Shown here piece after piece: positions 1-8,047 of a stretch of DNA of 38,858 nt (position 1 is its first letter; every line of letters begins with the position of its first letter). A program made the position numbers and the translations under genes. The stretch is taken from positions 1 through 38,858 of the IMG/VR virus record IMGVR_UViG_3300036770_002623; one strand, 5' to 3'. Source of the stretch: a virus. Taxonomy: Duplodnaviria; Caudoviricetes. Under the pieces are notes generated by a model, which did not search any database, was not told where the DNA came from, and worked only from the letters and a program-made list of their open reading frames with translations.

Positions 1-2
1 TT

Positions 3-452
3 GCGGGTGGATTGCCCAAGATCCTGCAAATCTTCCAAGACCGGCAGGACAAGAAGCACGAGTTGGCTCTGGTTGCAGCCCAGAAAGAGCGCGAACTGGC
101 ATTAGCCGAGCGCGGTTTTCTGGCTCAAGCGCGGGTTGAGGAAATTAAACTGGAGCAGATCCAGACTCAAACTGCAGCCGAGGAGCGTCAGGCTCTATAC
201 CAGCACGACATCGAAATCGGCAAAGGCGCATCTCAATGGATGATCAATCTTCGTGCCTCGGTGCGTCCGGTTGTGACCTACATCTTCGTGTTGGAACTGG
301 TGGCCATCAATATCGCCGGAGTCTGGTACGCCTACAACACGGGTGTGCCGTTTGCGGCTGCGATGGCTGAAGTATTCTCGGATGACGAGATGCTGATCTT
401 GTCTTCGATCGTAAGTTTTTGGTTTGGAACGCAAGCGTTTAGCAAGAAATGA
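3..452 (+). CDS. Holin (3TM / gene-transfer-release holin-like), 5'-truncated by the window edge
   Basis: Frame is open from the window start (AGGLPKIL...). Coiled coil, then SQWMINLRASVRP, two hydrophobic segments and SFWFG. Lies upstream of the lysozyme. Confidence 0.75.
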   Translation, partial: AGGLPKILQIFQDRQDKKHELALVAAQKERELALAERGFLAQARVEEIKLEQIQTQTAAEERQALYQHDIEIGKGASQWMINLRASVRPVVTYIFVLELVAINIAGVWYAYNTGVPFAAAMAEVFSDDEMLILSSIVSFWFGTQAFSKK

Positions 453-946
453 TCGGGGTATATGCAATCAGGAATGTTATTGCTGGTAAGGTATATATCG
501 GCAGTAGTGGTAATGTTAAGCAGCGACTTATCTGTCAAAAGTCGTACCTGAAAAATGGTAATCACCCGGCCACTATCCGTTCCTTGCGTGGAACCAAGCA
601 GAACATATCTCAGTTCTCATTTGATGTTATATGCCAGACCGACAGCATGGAGCAGGCGAGAGAACTTGAAGAGTTTTTGCTAGCGGAAATCCCGCAAGAA
701 CGGCTGTATAACCTTGCTTCTGACTATACCGGTGGACGGGTAAAGCGTAAAAACAGAGAGCAATACAAGAGCGGTGCTGCCAAGCGACTTGCTGACCCTG
801 AGTTTAGAAACAAATTGAGTGAAGCCTGTAAGGGCAAGCGTAAGGTTATTACTTGCCCAAAATGCGGGTTGTCTGGTGGCGGTGGTAACATGCGGCGATA
901 CCATTTTGATAGGTGTAGGCATGAAAGTAAGCCCTCGCTGTATTGA
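449..946 (+). CDS. Free-standing GIY-YIG homing endonuclease with NUMOD3-like and Cys-rich C-terminus
   Basis: GVYAIRN...KVYIGSS, conserved Arg, E..YNL; C-terminal KLSEACKGK and CPKCG...YHFDRC. Confidence 0.85.
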   Translation: MIGVYAIRNVIAGKVYIGSSGNVKQRLICQKSYLKNGNHPATIRSLRGTKQNISQFSFDVICQTDSMEQARELEEFLLAEIPQERLYNLASDYTGGRVKRKNREQYKSGAAKRLADPEFRNKLSEACKGKRKVITCPKCGLSGGGGNMRRYHFDRCRHESKPSLY

Positions 947-1409
947 AATGGTAAAACACCACGAGGGTTGCAGAACCCGCCCGTACCAATGTCCGGCGTT
1001 AATCTGGAGCGTGGGGGTGGGTCACGTAATAGATCCTGCTCACTTGGCGGTGAAGTATGAGGAGCGCAAGAATCTACCGATACCCGAAGGCTGGGACCGG
1101 GTTCTCACGATGGACGAGGTGGACCGGATACTTTCTCAAGACCTTGGCCGGTTTGAGCGTGGTGTGGTTCGACTTTGCCCTGCTGCTGTTGGCCGTCAGG
1201 GAGTCTTCGATGCTCTCGTATCTTTTGCCTTCAACGTGGGTCTCGGCAATCTCCAACGCTCTTCCCTTCGGATGAAGACTAATCGTGGAGAACTGGAAGA
1301 GGCTGCTGACGAGTTCCTCAAATGGACGAAAGCAGGTGGACGGGTATTGCCCGGACTGGTTAAACGGCGCAATGATGAACGTGCGTTGTATTTGTCTGGA
1401 GTAGCGTGA
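921..1409 (+). CDS. Endolysin, GH24 lysozyme
   Basis: Start refined to ATG 921. HEG catalytic Glu, WSVGVGH, FDALVSFAFNVG, LPGLVKRR.E motifs. Confidence 0.93.
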   Translation: MKVSPRCIEMVKHHEGCRTRPYQCPALIWSVGVGHVIDPAHLAVKYEERKNLPIPEGWDRVLTMDEVDRILSQDLGRFERGVVRLCPAAVGRQGVFDALVSFAFNVGLGNLQRSSLRMKTNRGELEEAADEFLKWTKAGGRVLPGLVKRRNDERALYLSGVA

Positions 1410-3712
1410 TGCCGCTGTCCAAGGTTGTATTTAAGCCGGGTGTCAACCGAGAGACCACAAACTACGCCAACGAAGGTGGGTTCTTCTCGGTAGACAAGGT
1501 CCGGTTCCGTGGCGGATACGCCCAGAAGATTGGCGGCTGGGTTAATCAGAGTTCCAACGGAGGATCATTTGAAGGCGTACCCCGTTCACTGTGGAACTGG
1601 GTGGCTATTGCTGGCCAGAACCTGTTGGGCGTTGGAACCAACCAGAAATACTATGTAGAACTGGGTGGCACTTACAACGACATTACCCCTCTCGCCAGCA
1701 CGGTCAGCCTGACCCTGAATCCGTTCACGACCACCTCCGGTAGCCGAAGCATTGTCGTTAGATCAACGTCACACGGAACCACCATTGGTTCCTATGTCAC
1801 GTTCACTGGAGCCAGTTCTTTTGTCGTTGGTGCATCAACTCTTTTGATCAATGGCCAATACGAAGTTATTTCGGTTCCCGGCTCAGACACGTTTACTATC
1901 TTCGGCCCATCTATTGCCGCTTCGACTGTAACCGGTGGCGGTTCCCACGTCATAGCCGCTTATCAGATTGATGCAGGTCCAGCCGTTTACACGACGCAGG
2001 TTGGTTGGGGCGGCCCTCCGTGGGGTTTTGGAGGTTGGGGATCATCTGATCCACAAGGTGTTCCATTGCGCCTTTGGTCCCAGTTCAACTTTGGAGATGA
2101 CCTAATATTCGCTGAACGGCGTGGGTCAATCTATTACTGGACCATTGACACTACGACATGGGCTAGAGCCACGACTTTGGCTGACAAAGCCGACAGCATT
2201 ACCAAGTTTTCGACAGTGGCCACAGCAGCCTCTGGCGCAACCACTATTGTCGTAGCCGATGCGACTGGCATTAACACCGGATCGGTAGTATCTGGTAGCG
2301 GTATTGCTGCTGGAACCTATGTCACTACGTCATGGACCGGTGGTCAGTCTGTCACTATCTCTGCAGCCACTACGTCTTCATTGACGCTGACTGCTGTTGA
2401 TTTCAGTTACGCCGGTCGGCATGTTCCACCGCAAACCAACTTAGTGATCGGTTCTCCGCTGAACGATTTCACCATCGCTCTTGGAGCCAATCCCTACAGC
2501 CCGGTGGATTTCACGACTGACTTTGATCCGCTGTTGGTTCGTTGGTCAGACCAAGAGAATCCATGGGAATGGGTTCCCGAAGTCACCAACCAATCTGGTG
2601 AGCGTCGCATATCCAGTGGATCTGAAATCGTTGCAGGTATCTCAACTCGTCAGGAAATCTTGGTGCTGACTGATACTGCTGTGTTCTCCATGCAGTATCT
2701 GGGTCCGCCGTTTGTCTGGGGATTCAACCTCCTTGACCAAGACATTTCCATTGCGTCCCAGAACGCGATTGCATCCATCAACAACACCGTTTACTGGATG
2801 GGAACCGATAAGTTCTTCGTCTACAACGGTCGCGTTGACACACTGCCTTGCACCATTCGACAGCACATCTTTAGCAACCTGAACCAAGATCAGATTGCTC
2901 AGGTGACCTGCGGCAATAACGAAGCGTTCAGTGAGGTGTGGTGGTTCTATCCATCCACCAATAGTTACGTCAATGACAGTTTCGCGGTGTTCAACTACCT
3001 TGAAGGTGTCTGGACTTATGGCAGTTTAAACCGCTCTGCATTTGCTCCTCAGACCATCCGCAAGTACGCGATGATGGCCTTTGGTATCCAGACCAGTTAT
3101 CTGGATACCGCTATCGATTCCTCTGTCACAACTATTTCTCTCGTCAATGCATCGTCCTATCCCAATTCTGGAATCGTTCAGATCGATTCAGAGAAAATCA
3201 GTTATACCGGCATTAGTGGTAATACTCTTACCGGTTGTGTTCGCGGTGTTGGCGGTACAACTGCTGCTTCGCACACCATCGATACTGAAGTCGCGTTTGT
3301 CGCGCCGAATCAGGTGATGTTCCACGAAGTCGGCTGGGACGATGTTTCGACGGGAACCCCTGAGCCAATTGAATGCTTCATTGAATCTTCAGACTTTGAT
3401 ATCGGGGACGGCGAATCATTCCAGTTTGTATCCAGAATTATTCCGGACGTGAAGTTTCTGGGATCTACCACTAATACTCCGGCAGTGACGTTGTCTCTGT
3501 ATCCCAGAAACTATCCGGGTTCTGCCTACGGCACACCGGATTCCGATGCAGTGACAGCCACGGTTGTGCTTCCGATTGAGCAATACACCGAACAGGTCTA
3601 CACCCGTGTTCGTGCCAGACAGATTGCATTCCGCATTGCATCGACTGCACTGGGTGTAGCGTGGCAGATGGGTGCGATGAGATTCGACATTCGCCCGGAT
3701 GGTAAACGGTAA
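1409..3712 (+). CDS. Tail / DNA-stabilisation (tail tubular B, P22 gp10-like) structural protein
   Basis: N-terminal FKPGVNRE..Y, VRWSDQEN, VYWMG, EVWWFYPS, C-terminal R.DIRPDGKR typical of podovirus nozzle proteins; inserted S/T-rich beta domains. Confidence 0.75.
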   Translation: MPLSKVVFKPGVNRETTNYANEGGFFSVDKVRFRGGYAQKIGGWVNQSSNGGSFEGVPRSLWNWVAIAGQNLLGVGTNQKYYVELGGTYNDITPLASTVSLTLNPFTTTSGSRSIVVRSTSHGTTIGSYVTFTGASSFVVGASTLLINGQYEVISVPGSDTFTIFGPSIAASTVTGGGSHVIAAYQIDAGPAVYTTQVGWGGPPWGFGGWGSSDPQGVPLRLWSQFNFGDDLIFAERRGSIYYWTIDTTTWARATTLADKADSITKFSTVATAASGATTIVVADATGINTGSVVSGSGIAAGTYVTTSWTGGQSVTISAATTSSLTLTAVDFSYAGRHVPPQTNLVIGSPLNDFTIALGANPYSPVDFTTDFDPLLVRWSDQENPWEWVPEVTNQSGERRISSGSEIVAGISTRQEILVLTDTAVFSMQYLGPPFVWGFNLLDQDISIASQNAIASINNTVYWMGTDKFFVYNGRVDTLPCTIRQHIFSNLNQDQIAQVTCGNNEAFSEVWWFYPSTNSYVNDSFAVFNYLEGVWTYGSLNRSAFAPQTIRKYAMMAFGIQTSYLDTAIDSSVTTISLVNASSYPNSGIVQIDSEKISYTGISGNTLTGCVRGVGGTTAASHTIDTEVAFVAPNQVMFHEVGWDDVSTGTPEPIECFIESSDFDIGDGESFQFVSRIIPDVKFLGSTTNTPAVTLSLYPRNYPGSAYGTPDSDAVTATVVLPIEQYTEQVYTRVRARQIAFRIASTALGVAWQMGAMRFDIRPDGKR

Positions 3713-4311
3713 TGGGTACACCCCGCGCTGTTGTCCCACCGAACTTACCTGTTGCGCCTCAGCAATATCAGCAGCGTTATCAGGATCAGTTGACCAACGT
3801 ACTACGTTTGTTTTTTAACGGGATATCGAACGAGGTCAACTCTCCGATTCCGCATGCCTCGTACTACGACACGACCACCCAGACAAACCCGGTAGCGGAT
3901 TCGGTCAACCTGTTTACTTATAACTCCGTTGAATCTGAGTTTCAGATTAAACGGGGGGTTCCCACATCTAAAATCTATGTCAACGACACTGGAGTCTATA
4001 ACTTCCAGTTCTCTGCTCAGATAGATAAATCAAGTGCTAACTCAGCGGCCATCTATATATGGCCTCGTATAAATGGGGTGAATGTCCCAGACAGTGCTAC
4101 CAAGATAGTGGTAAGTGGATCTGATGCAGAAATTGTTCCGGCTTGGAATTTCCTGCTGGTAATGGAGACTGGGGACTATTTTGAACTGGCTTGGCAAACC
4201 TCGGAAACTGACGTTGTTATGTTAGCGGAACCCGCTGCCAGCAACTATCCCGGCATTCCATCCATCATCCTGACGGTCACATGGATATCCAATTATGAGG
4301 CTAACCAGTGA
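3712..4311 (+). CDS. Virion structural / tail accessory protein
   Basis: PNLP.AP..Y...YQDQL.NVLRLFF N-terminus; GVYNFQFSAQ beta-sandwich; coupled to the upstream gene. Confidence 0.6.
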   Translation: MGTPRAVVPPNLPVAPQQYQQRYQDQLTNVLRLFFNGISNEVNSPIPHASYYDTTTQTNPVADSVNLFTYNSVESEFQIKRGVPTSKIYVNDTGVYNFQFSAQIDKSSANSAAIYIWPRINGVNVPDSATKIVVSGSDAEIVPAWNFLLVMETGDYFELAWQTSETDVVMLAEPAASNYPGIPSIILTVTWISNYEANQ

Positions 4312-4316
4312 TCTCA

Positions 4317-4345
4317 TTGAAATTTAAACGCTGTTACACCAGAAT
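4317..4345 (+). promoter_or_regulatory. Putative sigma70 promoter for the EndoVII gene
   Basis: TTGAAA-N17-CAGAAT in the intergenic gap. Confidence 0.4.
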
Positions 4346-4381
4346 CGCGGGAACCGTGGCTCTCTGCTCGGAGATTTTGTA

Positions 4382-4816
4382 ATGCCGCATGCAGATATTG
4401 AAGTTAGGCGTAAATACCACAGAGAGTACGAGCGCCGTAGACGATCCAATCCTGAGTTAGCGGAAAAGCAAAAGGCTGCATGTAAACGGTGGTATGAAAA
4501 ACGATCTCGTGGTGATCCAGTTTGGAGAGAAAACAAGAATCGCCGCAGAGTTCTTAGTAAGTATAAGTTTTCTTTAGAAGAGTTTAAACGTATTCTTCAT
4601 GAGCAAGATGGCGTTTGCGCTGTCTGCAAGGAAGTAAAGCACATTGAAGAAAAGGGCAAAAGACTGCATGTGGATCACTGTCATGCCACTGGAAAGATTC
4701 GTGGATTGTTGTGTTCTCCGTGCAATATAACCCTTGGTCGCGCAAAAGATAACGTAACTAGGCTGAAGTCATTGATCGGGTATTTGGAGAAAAACCATGC
4801 AACCAATGCCATATAA
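4382..4816 (+). CDS. Endonuclease VII-family (HNH-like) free-standing endonuclease
   Basis: QDGVCAVC...LHVDHCHATGKIRGLLCSPCN.TLG..KDN signature. Confidence 0.88.
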   Translation: MPHADIEVRRKYHREYERRRRSNPELAEKQKAACKRWYEKRSRGDPVWRENKNRRRVLSKYKFSLEEFKRILHEQDGVCAVCKEVKHIEEKGKRLHVDHCHATGKIRGLLCSPCNITLGRAKDNVTRLKSLIGYLEKNHATNAI

Positions 4817-6245
4817 ACAAGTTGCTGATCATTTGGCTTCATATGGAAGGCTAGGTGATTCTCAGTTAGTCCACATGAACCCGATTGAGGTTCAGATGCT
4901 GGGGTCTTTGTCCCCTACCGGACAATTAACGATTAACCCGGTCACAGGTCAGCCTGAGGCGTTCCTTCCCTTCCTCGCCCCATTGCTTGGATCATGGCTT
5001 GGCACTACTGCGCTAGCCGGTTCTACATTAGGCGGTCTTCTAGGAACCGGATTGAGCAAGGCGGCGGCGGGAGCCATAGGTTCAGCCCTTGCCAGCACTG
5101 CTGCAACCGGCGACCTGAAGGAAGGTATCCTTTCTGGCATCACCGGGTTTGGTCTAGGCAAAGTCTTTGGCGCTATGGGTGGCGCAGACAAACTGGCTGG
5201 CGCTGCTGGATCAACGCCAACACCGGCCAATGTGGAAGGATTCTTCTCCCCAACTGGTGGCGGTGCCGCGCTTAATCAGGCCACCACTGCGACTGCTCCC
5301 ATCCTTGCTGGCGCTCCAACTTCCGCCCCTGTTGGTGGATTCTTTTCGCCAACTGGCGGGGCTGCTGCATTTAACCCTGTTAATGCTGCTCAATCTGCAG
5401 CAGGCGCTGGTCCGGGTAGCATGAACTTTTCGGCTGGGCTTGAGGAACTGATGAAGCCCGGTACTTTCCTGCCTATCTATGCGGGAACCAGTGTCACTGA
5501 AGGCATTCGTCAGCAGGAAGAACTGGATCGTCTTATGAAAGAGCAGGGTCTCAGCGAGGAAGAAGCCAAGCGCAAGTACGAGGAAGACGCTCGTCGCGCT
5601 ATTGAAACAGCCCAGCGACTGTATCCGCAAATGCGTCCCCCGAAGGGAATGGCTGCAGGCGGACAGGTCGAAGGCTATCTGGAAGGCGGTGCCTTCAGCA
5701 ATCAATTTGGTTTAAACAATATGACTGGTGGTTTCTACGACACCGAGTTTGGTCGTAGCAGTCCGTCTGACATCCAAGGCCGACTGCGCGGGAACATTAG
5801 CGTTGCTGCCCCGTATGCCAGTTATGGCGCACTGGATGTAGGCGGTCGCGGATATCTGCCGGGTATTGCTCCAGAATTCCAGTACTTCCGTCAGGCTGAA
5901 GAAGTCTATCCGCAGCAGCCCCTATACCCTACGATGAATCGCGGCAAAGGCGGCGGATTCGGCGGTGGGAACCAGTTCGGCGGTGGCTACAGCAGCATGC
6001 CCGGTGGTAAGGGTGGCGGCTATAGCAGCGGTTACGGGAACCCCTTCGGTGGCGGCTACAGCGGCGGCTATGGAAGCATGCCGGGTGGCAAAGGTGGATA
6101 TAACACCGGCTACGGCGGTGGTTATGGTGGCGGATATGGCAACACCGGCGGCGGATACGGGAACGTGTTCGACCGATACAGCCAGCCTTACAGCAACTAC
6201 GGTGGAAGTTCCTTCGGCAACTTCAACCAGATCATGCCGTTCTGA
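4797..6245 (+). CDS. Internal virion / ejection protein, N-terminal part (Gly/Tyr-rich)
   Basis: GRLGDSQLVHMNP.E and LTINPVTGQPEAF motifs, Gly/Ala hydrophobic stretch, MAAGG motif; position in the injection module. Confidence 0.6.
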   Translation: MQPMPYKQVADHLASYGRLGDSQLVHMNPIEVQMLGSLSPTGQLTINPVTGQPEAFLPFLAPLLGSWLGTTALAGSTLGGLLGTGLSKAAAGAIGSALASTAATGDLKEGILSGITGFGLGKVFGAMGGADKLAGAAGSTPTPANVEGFFSPTGGGAALNQATTATAPILAGAPTSAPVGGFFSPTGGAAAFNPVNAAQSAAGAGPGSMNFSAGLEELMKPGTFLPIYAGTSVTEGIRQQEELDRLMKEQGLSEEEAKRKYEEDARRAIETAQRLYPQMRPPKGMAAGGQVEGYLEGGAFSNQFGLNNMTGGFYDTEFGRSSPSDIQGRLRGNISVAAPYASYGALDVGGRGYLPGIAPEFQYFRQAEEVYPQQPLYPTMNRGKGGGFGGGNQFGGGYSSMPGGKGGGYSSGYGNPFGGGYSGGYGSMPGGKGGYNTGYGGGYGGGYGNTGGGYGNVFDRYSQPYSNYGGSSFGNFNQIMPF

Positions 6246-6254
6246 GGTAGCAAT

Positions 6255-7604
6255 ATGGGAATGGGCGTATCAATTAATCCGTCAACTCGTCAGGCTTTTC
6301 CAGACATGTACGGAACCCCATACGGTCAGCAAACCAATCCGTATGCCACGCAACCGACGAATCAGTTTAGCGGTCCGTCGTTTAATCAGAATTCTGGTTA
6401 CGGCCCGACCTTCGCCAACATGACCGGCTATGGGAACTTTGGTGGCGCATATCAACCACCTCAAGACCAAATGCCCCAGCGTTATTCAAACGACTACAAC
6501 CGCTTTCTCCAAAGCGGTCAGGCGTTTAACGAACCTGTGATGGGCTATAACACTTACGGCCAAATCTTTGCTCCGCCCCGCCAGCAGCCTCCGTCATTTG
6601 GCAAGGGCGGTGGTGGATTCCGTCCGCAACCGCCAGCGTTTGGCGGTAAGGGCGGCGGCATGGGATATGCCCCTCAGCCCCCGGTCATGGGTGGCAAGGG
6701 TCAGCCGCAGCCTAGTGGTTATGGTGGCCTTAGAGTAAGGCCGGGTAGTGGCCCTCCTCGCGTACCACGGACTCGTCAGTTAGGTTTGAATGAGCCTACT
6801 GGTCCGGGTCCAATGGATGTGCAGACGAATCCTACTCCGCCCTTGATTACAGGCGGGGTTCCGCAGGAATACGCCTATCCCAGTAATGAGCAACTTATAA
6901 CCATGCCGGGACAGCAGCCTGCTCTTGCCACTGGAACTTATTCTCCAACTGGCGGAGCATCAAGTGTTGCCCTTGCTGGACTGCAGCCTGCTCCTATTAC
7001 TAAGGACGTTGGTGTTGGCCAAGGTAGCCCTGTTCGCCCCATCATGTTTGATAACGAAGCCTTCCAGAACTTTAAGTTTGGTGACGGCTTTGGCCAGTTG
7101 AGATTCCAAGAAGGCGGTGAAATTCCTAATTCCGCTCAGAACATGGAAATGATGTTGTCTGAAGCAGGCCCCGCCAATCCTCAGGCTGAAATGTCTGGCG
7201 AATATGACCGGCTGATTCAGATGACCATGCAGGCAGTGCTGGGTCAGGTTGAGAAGCCGGATGAAATCATCCAGATGTTTATCGATGAGTTCGGCGTGGA
7301 TGCATTCCGTCAGTTGCGCGATGCTGTCCTGAAGAGTCAGGTTCCCGATGCCCAGACCGAAGGCATGGTCGATGGGAACGGCGGCGGCATGGACGATCAG
7401 GTGATGGGCATGATCGGCGCACAGCGTCCGGTTGCCGTATCGCCCGGTGAATACATCATCCCGGCTGATGTCGTGTCAGGCTTAGGCGATGGTAGTTCCA
7501 AGTCTGGTGCTGACATCCTTGATGAACTCAGCCAAGCCGTTCGCATGACTCGCACGGGAACCACTGAGCAACCCCGTCCCTTGATGGAGACGCTCTCGCA
7601 ATGA
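6255..7604 (+). CDS. Internal virion / ejection protein, C-terminal part
   Basis: C-terminal G.GGGMDD...VSPGEYIIPADVVSGLGDGSS.SGA motif; GAGG RBS upstream; same frame as the preceding ORF. Confidence 0.6.
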   Translation: MGMGVSINPSTRQAFPDMYGTPYGQQTNPYATQPTNQFSGPSFNQNSGYGPTFANMTGYGNFGGAYQPPQDQMPQRYSNDYNRFLQSGQAFNEPVMGYNTYGQIFAPPRQQPPSFGKGGGGFRPQPPAFGGKGGGMGYAPQPPVMGGKGQPQPSGYGGLRVRPGSGPPRVPRTRQLGLNEPTGPGPMDVQTNPTPPLITGGVPQEYAYPSNEQLITMPGQQPALATGTYSPTGGASSVALAGLQPAPITKDVGVGQGSPVRPIMFDNEAFQNFKFGDGFGQLRFQEGGEIPNSAQNMEMMLSEAGPANPQAEMSGEYDRLIQMTMQAVLGQVEKPDEIIQMFIDEFGVDAFRQLRDAVLKSQVPDAQTEGMVDGNGGGMDDQVMGMIGAQRPVAVSPGEYIIPADVVSGLGDGSSKSGADILDELSQAVRMTRTGTTEQPRPLMETLSQ

Positions 7605-8047
7605 ATGCAGCCGTAGAGGAAATGCAGACCTATGTGTCGCTGATTCCACCGGCACACATTGAGTCTGCTTGGCCATCTGTGGAGGAGTATCTACTCCCGG
7701 CTGTCGAAAGATCCAATGGTCGCTGGACCATGGAAGCCCTTAAGCAATGGGCTTTGCACAATGAGAAGCAAGTGTGGATTGTGTTTGATGATGACAAAAC
7801 CATTCACTGTGTAGCCGTCACACAGAATGTCATTTATCCTGCCAGTAGAATGCTCTCCATCGAATTCCTCGGTGGCACTGGCTTGAATCAGTGGGCGTTT
7901 AAACTTCTTGATGTCCTGAACAATTGGGCGAAGGACAGCGGATGCAACGGTATCGAAGCCACCGCAAGGATCGGCTTCTGGAAATGGCTTGAGAAAGACG
8001 GTTTCGACAAAGCCTACACGGTGTTCGAAAAGAGGTTTGAACAATGA
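7601..8047 (+). CDS. GNAT-fold acetyltransferase-like virion-module protein
   Basis: IEFLGG.GL..W......WAK..GC..IE..AR.GF.K.L...GF pattern; size and position typical. Confidence 0.6.
   Translation: MNAAVEEMQTYVSLIPPAHIESAWPSVEEYLLPAVERSNGRWTMEALKQWALHNEKQVWIVFDDDKTIHCVAVTQNVIYPASRMLSIEFLGGTGLNQWAFKLLDVLNNWAKDSGCNGIEATARIGFWKWLEKDGFDKAYTVFEKRFEQ

Noticed and set aside
440-950. Group I intron around the GIY-YIG ORF (likewise EndoVII at 4382)
   Set aside because: No flanking non-coding room for an intron core, and the neighbouring genes are intact.
6243-6245. Genome-wide TGA recoding
   Set aside because: Many genes end normally in TGA with ATGA coupling, and long ORFs are intact under code 11.
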